Below, one piece after another: positions 1 through 7,825 of a stretch of DNA of 51,610 nucleotides. A program made the position numbers and the translations under genes. Each line of letters starts with the position of its first letter. Within the stretch, counting starts at the first letter, position 1. Under the pieces are notes generated by a model. The model worked only from the letters and a program-made list of their open reading frames with translations, ran no database searches and had not been told where the DNA came from. The stretch is from Candidatus Saccharimonadota bacterium (GTDB lineage Bacteria; Patescibacteriota; Saccharimonadia; Saccharimonadales; UBA10212). The stretch is taken from NCBI GenBank assembly GCA_013815775.1, contig JACDFN010000004.1:1-51610 (forward strand), written 5' to 3'.

Positions 1-878
1 AGTATTCCGTTCACATCTTTTGGCTTACCTAAGTCGAAAGGTAGCTTATCTTTTATGGGTTGTTTTTGAGGTGGTGGTAGGCTGGGTTTTTGAGGTGGTG
101 GTAGGCTGGGTTTTTGAGGTGGTGGTGGAGTAGGAACTAGTTTGCTAACAATTAGCTGCTGGTTAGCCCCTGCCGCCATAAGCTGAGCGCTCATTGTCAT
201 AACTTTAGGGGATGTCTTACTGTTACTAAAGCGGTCCGTTTCAGCAACTATTCCGGTAAGAAAAGCAGTGGCCATCTGATTATCTATCAGACCCGGCCCA
301 AATGCCTCTGAGATACTTACTATCATCTCAGATAAACTACTAGCAGTTGGGTCAAGCCAATTTATTTGACCTAAATTTTGGGAAGTTGTCTTCCCTGCAT
401 TAATAGATATAACGGTTGCGTCGTGCAAAATTCTCCCGTGAGCCATAATAGCGGTATCAAGCTGGGTTCGGTCGTGCACTCCAAGGGCAATTACAGCTTC
501 TACGTTGAAGTCGCCTTGGCTGAAGATTAAATCCTTCTGGCTTAAACTCGATCTGTAGGGTGTGATGAATATCCGTACTACTTGATCCTCAACCTTGTAT
601 CGCAGTTTATCTGCCTTTGACTTGTCTAGAGAAATTATAAAATCTCGAAGGCTATCGGTATTTACTTCTAATGTTTTCTCCGGCTGCAAAAATTCCAAAG
701 TCGATGGAATTTTACCCGAAAATACCGCCGTGGCGTGCTTTTCCATCTTATTTAGTAGCAACGTTAAACCAATGGCCGAAGCTAACTGGTCGACTGAAGG
801 GTTAGAGCTTACAGTAACCAGTATGTTATTAGCTTGCTTGACCCGCTCTGCTATCTGTTGTTTAGCTGGCGTATCCAT
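1..878 (-). CDS. DHH-family phosphoesterase-like protein, C-terminus cut by the window edge, with a proline-rich repeat tail
   Basis: Absent from the ORF track because it runs off the window. Reverse-strand ATG at 878-876 opens a frame I translated by hand with no stop down to position 1: MDTPAKQQIAERVKQANNILVTVSS...ALGVHDRTQLD...FLTGIVAETDRFSN...VPTPPPPPQKPSLPPPQKPSLPPPQKQPIKDK. GIVAETDRF resembles DHH-family motif IV. The listed + ORF 595..978 is its antisense shadow. Confidence 0.55.
   Translation of the reverse strand, partial: MDTPAKQQIAERVKQANNILVTVSSNPSVDQLASAIGLTLLLNKMEKHATAVFSGKIPSTLEFLQPEKTLEVNTDSLRDFIISLDKSKADKLRYKVEDQVVRIFITPYRSSLSQKDLIFSQGDFNVEAVIALGVHDRTQLDTAIMAHGRILHDATVISINAGKTTSQNLGQINWLDPTASSLSEMIVSISEAFGPGLIDNQMATAFLTGIVAETDRFSNSKTSPKVMTMSAQLMAAGANQQLIVSKLVPTPPPPQKPSLPPPQKPSLPPPQKQPIKDKLPFDLGKPKDVNGI
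60..131. repeat. Three tandem copies of a 24 nt unit (GGGTTTTTGAGGTGGTGGTAGGCT), in frame within the minus-strand CDS
   Basis: Copy 84-107 is exact. Copy 108-131 diverges at its end, and copy 60-83 has a small difference at its start. It encodes PPPQKPSL repeats on the minus strand. Confidence 0.85.
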
Positions 879-1080
879 AATTTTATTTTTGGTTAGAGGT
901 TTTTATTATTACAACTTCTGCGGTCAGATTAGCACAAGCGCTACCCCCAGTGCAATACTTAAAAAGTTGTTTTTCTGAACTTAATGGCTTACCCCCCAAT
1001 GCAAATTAACGACGCCTCTCTCTTTACAAAAGGAGTTATAATCTGTATAGTTTCAATCTGATTTAAGGAACGGATTATTA

Positions 1081-1428
1081 ATGCCAGTTATCAAATCTGC
1101 CAAAAAACGGGTTAAAGTTGCCACAAAAGCCAATGTCCGAAACGCCAAGACCAAGCGTATTATGCGCGAGGCCGTAAAAAGCTTTTCTCAAGCCTTGGGT
1201 GCGGGCAAAGCTGCTGATATAGAGAAGGCGCAAAGAGCTGCTGTATCGGCAATAGATATTGCCGCTAAGAAATCCGTAATTCATAAGAATAAAGCTGCCC
1301 GAAAAAAAGCTCAGCTAGCCACAGCTGCAAAATCTGCAGGTATAAAACTTCCTAAGACCGCAGTTAAAAAAGCAAGCCCAAAGACTTCCGTTAAGAAGCC
1401 GACCGTTAAAAAGCCTTCAAAAAAGTAG
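1081..1428 (+). CDS. rpsT: 30S ribosomal protein S20 with a Lys/Ala-rich C-terminal extension
   Basis: MPVIKSAKKRVKVATKANVRNAKTKRIMREAVKSF is a typical S20 N-terminus. At 115 aa it is longer than usual because of a KKxxxKK tail. Confidence 0.95.
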   Translation: MPVIKSAKKRVKVATKANVRNAKTKRIMREAVKSFSQALGAGKAADIEKAQRAAVSAIDIAAKKSVIHKNKAARKKAQLATAAKSAGIKLPKTAVKKASPKTSVKKPTVKKPSKK

Positions 1429-1434
1429 TTACAA

Positions 1435-2349
1435 CTATATCGTAACGATGTAGTTCCTTATTGATTCATCTAAATCTAAGGGAGTAGTCTTAGTCTTCCA
1501 GTCGATGATGAACGCATCGTTAATTAAATTTTTAAGTTTATCCTCACCTAATCGGACAGCCAGTCCGGCAGCTTTACTAATTGGAAACGATTTCATATTC
1601 ATGTCATCAGCAATTGAGTTAAGAGGCTTATCGCCTGCATACTTAACTACCGCTAGTAAATGTAGCTGCCAGGTAATCATAGCCATGATTGCCTGTGGTT
1701 CGACTTTTTGAGCCCTCTGCTCTTCATAAAGCTCTAGCGCTCTTTTCTTATCACCAGAAAAAGCGGCGTCCAAAAGATCAAAGACCCGACTATGCGGCGT
1801 CTGATCAGTCAAGAGTTCAATACTGTTGAGGGTTATTTTAGGCTGATAAGTTATGAGTTTATTAAGTTCGTTAAAAAGCCGAACTTGATCGCTGCCGATG
1901 CGGTCTATTAAGGTAAATGCATCTCCAATGCTTAGTTGAGCCCCCTGCGCCTTAGCTTCTTCGACCAACCAAGAGGCAAGCTCCCGACCGTCTAACGAGC
2001 TATGCTCTTCAAGGGAAGTTTTCTCCTTTAAAGTTTTAAAATACCCTGTTCTTTTATCAATTGACGTTTCATAAATAACTACTTCCGTAGTAGATCCAGC
2101 TGCATAAATTATTTGTTCAATTTGCTCGGCAGCTTGTTTGTTAGAACCTAGGTCGCGCAGGATGACCATTTTCTTTTCTGAAAGAAAAGGCATACTTTGG
2201 ATGGAGTCTAGGATGGACTGAGCATCGCTTTCCTGGACGTCAATTTTCTCAAGCGCTAAGTCACCGTACTTGGAAACGAAAGCACTCGCCCGCTCATCAA
2301 GCCGGCGCTTCATAGCAAACTTATTACTCCCAACTAAAGCCGTAACCAT
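1435..2349 (-). CDS. holA: DNA polymerase III delta subunit
   Basis: 304 aa with the HolA-like layout (N-terminal LVGSNKF...ALEKIDV, later DQVRLFNELNKL). It is convergent with and adjacent to rpsT, a common arrangement. Confidence 0.8.
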   Translation of the reverse strand: MVTALVGSNKFAMKRRLDERASAFVSKYGDLALEKIDVQESDAQSILDSIQSMPFLSEKKMVILRDLGSNKQAAEQIEQIIYAAGSTTEVVIYETSIDKRTGYFKTLKEKTSLEEHSSLDGRELASWLVEEAKAQGAQLSIGDAFTLIDRIGSDQVRLFNELNKLITYQPKITLNSIELLTDQTPHSRVFDLLDAAFSGDKKRALELYEEQRAQKVEPQAIMAMITWQLHLLAVVKYAGDKPLNSIADDMNMKSFPISKAAGLAVRLGEDKLKNLINDAFIIDWKTKTTPLDLDESIRNYIVTI

Positions 2350-2362
2350 CCCCTACATGATA

Positions 2363-3244
2363 TCACTTCATGGTAGCTGGAGGTCTTTGGCAACGGGGGC
2401 AGATATGAGTGCCCCGCCCAGCCACGCGAATTTTATCAATTACTGCGCCGCAGCGTGGGCATGGCTGTCCTTGTTTGCGAAAGACTTGAGTGAAGCTGAG
2501 GTAGCTCCCTTTTTTACCTTTGGCATCCACATAATTACGATCCGTACTTCCTCCTTTTTTAATGCTGAGGTTTAAAATTTCTCGTAAATTCTTATGCAGA
2601 GATACCAGTTTCAAGCGTGACACATCCTTAACCGAAGTAGAGGGGTGTATTTTAGCTGCGAACAGCGACTCATCTGCGTAGATATTACCAACTCCCGCCA
2701 AGACGCTTTGGTCCAGCAGAACGACTTTTATGGGGCTGTTTTTTCGAATCTCGAGCCTTTCTATGAATTTGTCGACCGTGAAATCATCTTCCAGAGGCTC
2801 CGGCCCAACTTTCTTAAAAAAGTCTATCTCCGGTACTTCCAAACCGGGCAGCAGACGTACCCAGCCGAATTTACGTTGGTCATTGAAGAATAATTTGCTG
2901 CCATCCGTAAAGTCTAGGACTACCCTTGTTGATTTATCAGGTAAATCGCCTACTAAGCTTTTGCTAGGATGCCCTGCCCCAAATTCTTTTTTCCCCCTGA
3001 AAACCAATTGCCCGGTCATCTTCAGGTGTATAACCAATGAATAGTCGCTGGATAGCTCGATGATAAGGACCTTAGCGCGCCGCCGTACGTGGATAATTTT
3101 GGCATTAACCATAAAACGGGCAACGTCAGCTGGCGCGTTCGGGAATGACTTTTGCCAGTCGTGCCAAGTGTCAGCAATTACAAGGCCCGGCAAAAATTTG
3201 GCTAGCCCGATACGAATTGTCTCTACCTCTGGAAGTTCCGGCAT
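2363..3244 (-). CDS. mutM: Formamidopyrimidine-DNA glycosylase (Fpg/MutM)
   Basis: MPELPEVETIR N-terminus and a C-terminal CPRCG...CPRCQ zinc finger. I moved the start to ATG 3244 because Fpg catalysis needs Pro2 as the N-terminal nucleophile. The ORF track starts 6 codons earlier. Confidence 0.9.
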   Translation of the reverse strand: MPELPEVETIRIGLAKFLPGLVIADTWHDWQKSFPNAPADVARFMVNAKIIHVRRRAKVLIIELSSDYSLVIHLKMTGQLVFRGKKEFGAGHPSKSLVGDLPDKSTRVVLDFTDGSKLFFNDQRKFGWVRLLPGLEVPEIDFFKKVGPEPLEDDFTVDKFIERLEIRKNSPIKVVLLDQSVLAGVGNIYADESLFAAKIHPSTSVKDVSRLKLVSLHKNLREILNLSIKKGGSTDRNYVDAKGKKGSYLSFTQVFRKQGQPCPRCGAVIDKIRVAGRGTHICPRCQRPPATMK

Positions 3245-3418
3245 CCCCTTAGTATAAAGCATCCATTGTACCCAAACTTTCGTACTTAGCAGGATTTTTT
3301 TGTGATAAATGCTAAATAAAAAAATTATTGAAAATTTAAAAATGCCCGTCCCCGGCAGTTGCGCTGCAACCGCTACGGAGGATGGATAAATTGATAATTG
3401 TCCAGCTATACTGGGGGG

Positions 3419-3655
3419 ATGGACAGTCTACAAGAAATTTTGGGGAAGAAAGACTTCACCCCGCCAGACGAAATCAGCGCTGTACAAACCTACATCTCTA
3501 AGCGTTATGAAAGCAGTAGTCAAGTAAAGCTGCAACGCGACGTTCTTATCGTTAGTGTACCTAGCTCTTCCCTGGCCGCCACCATCCAGCTCGAACGCCA
3601 ATTACTGATTAAAATGTGTGGACTTAATAAAAAATTAGTCATTCGAAGCGGATAA
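3419..3655 (+). CDS. Small DUF721/DciA-like protein (tentative)
   Basis: Same frame as ORF 3398..3655, started at ATG 3419 just after a GGGGGG run. The C-terminal half, DVLIVSVPSSSLAATIQLERQLLIKMCG...KLVIRSG, follows the DUF721 pattern as I remember it. Confidence 0.5.
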   Translation: MDSLQEILGKKDFTPPDEISAVQTYISKRYESSSQVKLQRDVLIVSVPSSSLAATIQLERQLLIKMCGLNKKLVIRSG

Positions 3656-4204
3656 GATAGATCCCAGTTCGGTTCTGAGTTGATTGTAATTTTGATATTG
3701 CACTGCATGCATGCCTAAGAGCCGCGCGCCGTTAACATGCTTTTGTAGGTCGTCTATAAAGACCGCCTCTTGGGGTTTGACGTTAAGCTTTTCAAGTGCA
3801 TGTTCAAAAATTGCTGGATCAGGTTTAGCCAGCCCAATCTCAGATGAAATTAATACCTCGTCAAAAATCTTATTAAGATGAGTTCTTTTAACAAGGGAGG
3901 AGATGTGTTCTTGGCTGGCATTAGATAAGAGAGCAGTTTTATATTTTTGGTGGATAATATCTATATATGTTAAAAGTTCTATATCGATTTTCTCTGATTC
4001 GTACAGTTTACGAACTTGCTCAACATTTTGGTTTGTATCTTTAGCGATTTTTTGCAAAAAGTCGTTCCAGCTTAGGTCGCCAACCTGCATCGAACCAGCA
4101 ATTTCACCAAATATACTAGGTTGATTCATCCCGCTTTTTACAGTACGCCAGTAGTTTTCGGAGCAAATGACGCCAAAAAAATCAAAGATTATCGCTTTAA
4201 TCAC
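3635..4204 (-). CDS. HAD-superfamily hydrolase
   Basis: MIKAIIFDFFGVI motif I (Asp nucleophile present, Asp+2 replaced by Phe), LLSNAS motif II and FIDDL motif IV. It overlaps the convergent 3419..3655 gene by 21 nt. Confidence 0.8.
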   Translation of the reverse strand: MIKAIIFDFFGVICSENYWRTVKSGMNQPSIFGEIAGSMQVGDLSWNDFLQKIAKDTNQNVEQVRKLYESEKIDIELLTYIDIIHQKYKTALLSNASQEHISSLVKRTHLNKIFDEVLISSEIGLAKPDPAIFEHALEKLNVKPQEAVFIDDLQKHVNGARLLGMHAVQYQNYNQLRTELGSILSASND

Positions 4205-4348
4205 TGGTTTTATTGTGTCAGCTTATTTTTAAAGCTCAAAATAATAAGTTTTTAACAAGTAGTTTGTAAGAATTTATACTTTACTTTATTAAGTATAATA
4301 TATACTAGTATTTGGCTATACTAAATAATAATTAAGAAGGAGATATTT

Positions 4349-5053
4349 ATGGCTGAATATAAAGAAGATAATAAGAGATCGGCTGCCGGTATTGGCGCAG
4401 CTGTCATCGCATTAGTAATCGGTACTATCGGGGGATACGCCGTAGGTAATAGCATGGGCGACGACGACAAAAACGCTAAGACGTTGAATTCTTCGCAGGC
4501 TTCAACTGCTACACCCGCTGCAGACCTTAGGGCAATATTAACTGGTCTTAATGAGGAACATGTAAGCCTAGCATCTGCCGCAACTCGTGCAGGTTTTGAC
4601 GGTTCGGCAAGCTTTATGCCGGCTGCCGCTTCGCTTGATAATAACTCGCGCGATTTACAAAAAGCAGTAGCAAGCGTATACGGCGAAGATGCTGGTAAGA
4701 AGTTCTATGATATATGGAACAGCCACATTGGGTTCTTTGTAGACTATACCGTAGCCGCTAAGGCTGGCGATAAGGCTGGAATGGATAAGGCCGTACAAAA
4801 CCTGAACGGTTACGTAGACGGAATCTCAACATTCTTTTCTGAGGCGAACCCTAACCTTCCAAAAGAAGCTGTAGCCCAGCTAATAAGCGAACATGTGGGG
4901 CTGCTTAAAGAGACTGTTGATAAGTATGGTGCCGGCGACATAGCTGGATCTTATGCGAAGCAACGCGAAACACGAGCCCAGATAGGCAGCAAAGTTGCAA
5001 CTACAATATCCGGTGCTATTGTTAAACAGTACCCAGACAAATTTAAAAACTAA
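4349..5053 (+). CDS. Membrane-anchored hypothetical protein with an Ala-rich helical ectodomain
   Basis: AAGGAG Shine-Dalgarno 7 nt upstream and one TM helix (GIGAAVIALVIGTIGGYAV). It is the first gene of the cupredoxin/MarR cluster. No family recognised. Confidence 0.6.
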   Translation: MAEYKEDNKRSAAGIGAAVIALVIGTIGGYAVGNSMGDDDKNAKTLNSSQASTATPAADLRAILTGLNEEHVSLASAATRAGFDGSASFMPAAASLDNNSRDLQKAVASVYGEDAGKKFYDIWNSHIGFFVDYTVAAKAGDKAGMDKAVQNLNGYVDGISTFFSEANPNLPKEAVAQLISEHVGLLKETVDKYGAGDIAGSYAKQRETRAQIGSKVATTISGAIVKQYPDKFKN

Positions 5054-5132
5054 TAGTACATAAATAACCAGGAGCAAGTCAGGGCTTATACCCTGCTCCG
5101 CTCCTGGTTGCGATGAAAGGAAATTACGACTT

Positions 5133-5543
5133 ATGAAAAATAGACTTATCATGCTGATAGTTGTTGCAGTAGTAGTTGGTGTAGCAGCGATAGCTAAAAA
5201 CTCCTCCAATAGTTCCAGCGATATGGCGGGAATGAATACGAGCAGCAATAAACAATCTAACTCTAGTGAAGCGTCCGCTGAACCCAACACAGTCCCCATT
5301 AAGAACATTGACTACACGGTAAAAAAATTAACTATAAAAAAAGGAACTACTGTAACTTGGCGTAACGACGATACAGCCCAGCACGATGTAATCTTTGACG
5401 ATAGCTCTATGTCTGAGGCTAATAGTCCTAGCCTGCTTAGCAAAGGCCAAAAACACCAATTCACCTTCACGAAAGTCGGGACATTTAAATATCATTGCAC
5501 CCCCCATCCTTTCATGCAGGCAGAAATTGAAGTGATAGATTAA
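5133..5543 (+). CDS. Blue-copper (type-1 cupredoxin, plastocyanin/amicyanin-like) protein, membrane-anchored or secreted
   Basis: N-terminal hydrophobic segment LIMLIVVAVVVGVAAIA. Copper ligand pattern: ...TAQHDVIF... then GTFKYHCTPHPFMQAEI (His, Cys, His, Met). Confidence 0.8.
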   Translation: MKNRLIMLIVVAVVVGVAAIAKNSSNSSSDMAGMNTSSNKQSNSSEASAEPNTVPIKNIDYTVKKLTIKKGTTVTWRNDDTAQHDVIFDDSSMSEANSPSLLSKGQKHQFTFTKVGTFKYHCTPHPFMQAEIEVID

Positions 5544-5545
5544 CA

Positions 5546-5995
5546 ATGCATCTACTTAAATATCGTAACTACATGCTATTTGGCGCCCTTCTGAGCATTA
5601 TTGGTTTTGCAGGAGCGTTTGCTTGGACAACCAAGTACAGTCCAGCTAACAGTGAACTCCGCAGTCAGCGCGAGCAAGACCGTGCATCACAAAGCCAAAA
5701 TGACAAGCCAGACTTTTATGTGAATTTAAAAGAGGACCGCGCCTATCCAGATACGCTTACCGTGCCAGTAGGTAAAACTGTTCAATTTAATACTATGGAC
5801 GGCAAAAAACATAAAATCTCTCTGGGAGAAGGCGGAGATGAGCATGGACACAGCGGTACTTTTAGCTCAGGAGATTTCGGCAAAGATGAGGGCTGGAAGT
5901 CAACCTTTAATGATGTGGGTACATATAGCTTTCATGACCACTATAACCCAAATATTAACGTACTTATTGTCGCTTATCGCCCGGCAACCCAGTAA
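5546..5995 (+). CDS. Cupredoxin-like paralog lacking the canonical Cys/His/Met copper ligands
   Basis: Starts 3 nt after the previous stop and has a TM helix. VGKTVQFNTMDGKKHKISL...GTYSFHDHYNPNINVLIV aligns to the upstream cupredoxin, but the ligand positions read D/N/I. It has an extra GGDEHGHSG His cluster. Confidence 0.6.
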   Translation: MHLLKYRNYMLFGALLSIIGFAGAFAWTTKYSPANSELRSQREQDRASQSQNDKPDFYVNLKEDRAYPDTLTVPVGKTVQFNTMDGKKHKISLGEGGDEHGHSGTFSSGDFGKDEGWKSTFNDVGTYSFHDHYNPNINVLIVAYRPATQ

Positions 5996-6021
5996 TATAT
6001 AGATGGCATCGGAGAAAATAA

Positions 6022-6462
6022 ATGATTGAGCTAAGTGAAATAACAACTTATCAGGCTGGCATGTACCAAGCACGCAGCTTCCGTGCGCTTAAGCAGCTGA
6101 AGAACCGCATCCTCGAGCCCTATGGGTTAACAATGATGCAGTGGTTGGTGCTTGGTCTGATAAAAGATGCCGGCAAAACCGGCGTCCGTACGACCACGCT
6201 TGCTGAGCAACTTGATACCACCCAAGCCTTTATTACTAACACGGTAAATCTACTTGAGGTAAAAAAATTAGTCAGCCGTAGGACCGATGCTAAAGACAGC
6301 CGGGCCCACTCTATTATCTTCAATAAGAAACACGAAAAGATGGTTGCCAAGATTGAGCAAGAGCTTCGCCATGAGCTCCGTAATACCATATATAAAAAAG
6401 TGACTCCCGAAGAGTTGAAAATCTATATGAAAGTTATTGTTAAGTTCGCCGATAAAATTTAA
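6022..6462 (+). CDS. MarR-family transcriptional regulator
   Basis: 146 aa with a winged-helix pattern: GLTMMQWLVLGLI...TTTLAEQLDTTQAFITNTVNLLEVKKLVSRRTDAKDSRA. Confidence 0.85.
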   Translation: MIELSEITTYQAGMYQARSFRALKQLKNRILEPYGLTMMQWLVLGLIKDAGKTGVRTTTLAEQLDTTQAFITNTVNLLEVKKLVSRRTDAKDSRAHSIIFNKKHEKMVAKIEQELRHELRNTIYKKVTPEELKIYMKVIVKFADKI

Positions 6463-6505
6463 TTTTAAGTAATAGGCAAATCACCTCAACGAATTAGTGC
6501 CTTTA

Positions 6506-7207
6506 TCATGCAGCCGAACGTAATTCTTCTCGAAGGTCATCGGAGGGGGTAAGAGTTTCGCCATCAAAAACGACGATTCCTTTTTCTTCAAGAAAACGAC
6601 CATACCACTTTACTACTTCCGGGTTAACTTGTAGCAGTGTGGCTAAAATACTTGCTTGATGTTGGCCATTTATAACGTTAGCTGGCCATTCCTCAGGATG
6701 CCTAATATCGAGTTCTATAATATTTGCTATGGTTTTAACTGCCACTTTATGGAATGTATTTGATTGTTCAAAATCTCCAGCAGTAGGATCTCGCAGCGCA
6801 TCAAGTACTTCGGTAGTTCTGTACGTATAGTCAACATATGCAGCTCTGCGCTGAAGAGCTTTCAATGCTGAGAGGCACTTTGCTGTTCGCTTGACAACTT
6901 TCTGCGGAGAATTTTCATCATAATTTCCCGAGCAGTCACAAACAACATGATGAATACAAAATTCTTCTCCAGTTGCTTCATCTATGCCTTCGTTTTCCAC
7001 CCAAGAGGTACGATGCCCTCCCTCCATATATGTGAGCTTAGGGTTTATTCTATTGCCTTTTTGCTCCATTATTTCTCCCCAAATCGCAACCCGCCCAGTG
7101 AACTGAGTCGGTTGTATTTCACGAACACTCTTAACATTGTGGATGAGGGAGTAAACTTCTTCTTCGTCAATTGTAACTGAATGTCCTAATGTTTCGCTTG
7201 AAGTCAT
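6506..7207 (-). CDS. Hypothetical protein (ORFan, 233 aa)
   Basis: The ORF track frame 6506..7345 overlaps the upstream gene. I start at ATG 7207 (MTSSETLGH...), which removes the overlap. It contains a Cys/His patch, FCIHHVVCDCSG. No family recognised. Confidence 0.55.
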   Translation of the reverse strand: MTSSETLGHSVTIDEEEVYSLIHNVKSVREIQPTQFTGRVAIWGEIMEQKGNRINPKLTYMEGGHRTSWVENEGIDEATGEEFCIHHVVCDCSGNYDENSPQKVVKRTAKCLSALKALQRRAAYVDYTYRTTEVLDALRDPTAGDFEQSNTFHKVAVKTIANIIELDIRHPEEWPANVINGQHQASILATLLQVNPEVVKWYGRFLEEKGIVVFDGETLTPSDDLREELRSAA

Positions 7208-7280
7208 TTTCGTTTTTCCTGCTTTAATTGAATTATAGCAATTTTTTGGTGAATTCCGGCGGAACTCTTGTATATGTTGG

Positions 7281-7769
7281 CTAGGACGTATCCGGCTCTT
7301 GGCTCTCAATGAACAAATCCAGAAATGTTGATGCAAGCTCCGCATTTACAAGAGGGCTGGCTATATCTCCGTCTTTAGATATCGTAAAAAGCACTTCCCC
7401 TCTGTCTCTCCTCAGCCACCTTTCATGCTCTTTAGGGTCTTCAGTTACCTCATACGAACTACCGGCAGGCAGAATCTCAAGCGAAAGAATATCTTCATTT
7501 ACGCTGTCGCAATATTCTCCCTGATACATATTGGTTAACACCAGCATGCAACTACCGTTCTCTGATTGATATGTAACGGGTTTCTCTTTAACTGTAAGTA
7601 TTGGGTCATCGTCTTGAGTCCAATTTATACCGCTTCTCCGAACCGGTTCTAGACCTTTAATCATGCTATAGGCTCTTGAGAATACTTGCTTTGCCAACCC
7701 TGCGCTTTCTTCAGCCTTGTTGTTTTTAAATAATATCCTATCAACATCTCTACGGTATATATCCTCCAT
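7281..7769 (-). CDS. Hypothetical protein (ORFan, 162 aa)
   Basis: Long ORF in the same orientation as its neighbours. No motif recognised. Confidence 0.55.
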   Translation of the reverse strand: MEDIYRRDVDRILFKNNKAEESAGLAKQVFSRAYSMIKGLEPVRRSGINWTQDDDPILTVKEKPVTYQSENGSCMLVLTNMYQGEYCDSVNEDILSLEILPAGSSYEVTEDPKEHERWLRRDRGEVLFTISKDGDIASPLVNAELASTFLDLFIESQEPDTS

Positions 7770-7825
7770 GTATTTCCTTTCCTTATCAGCATTAATCTAT
7801 GTAATCCCCTGTGCATGCATAAACT

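Noticed and set aside
595-978. Listed + strand ORF (127 aa)
   Set aside because: It lies antisense to a much longer open minus-strand frame (1..878) that has a recognisable DHH-family motif. Its own product is low-complexity and hydrophobic with no motifs.
5066-5109. Long hairpin AACCAGGAGC...GCTCCTGGTT after the 4349..5053 gene
   Set aside because: It is a real inverted repeat, but it has no T-tract and the next gene of the same cluster starts 24 nt later. It is likely an intra-operon stabiliser or processing hairpin and cannot be assigned.
6506-7345. Long N-terminal extensions in the ORF track (6506..7345, 18171..18893, 16025..17839, 34941..36269, 2363..3262, 20024..20491)
   Set aside because: These extensions overlap upstream genes, or add non-conserved residues before canonical N-termini, or begin at TTG/GTG codons upstream of a well-placed ATG with an SD. 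Shorter starts were adopted.
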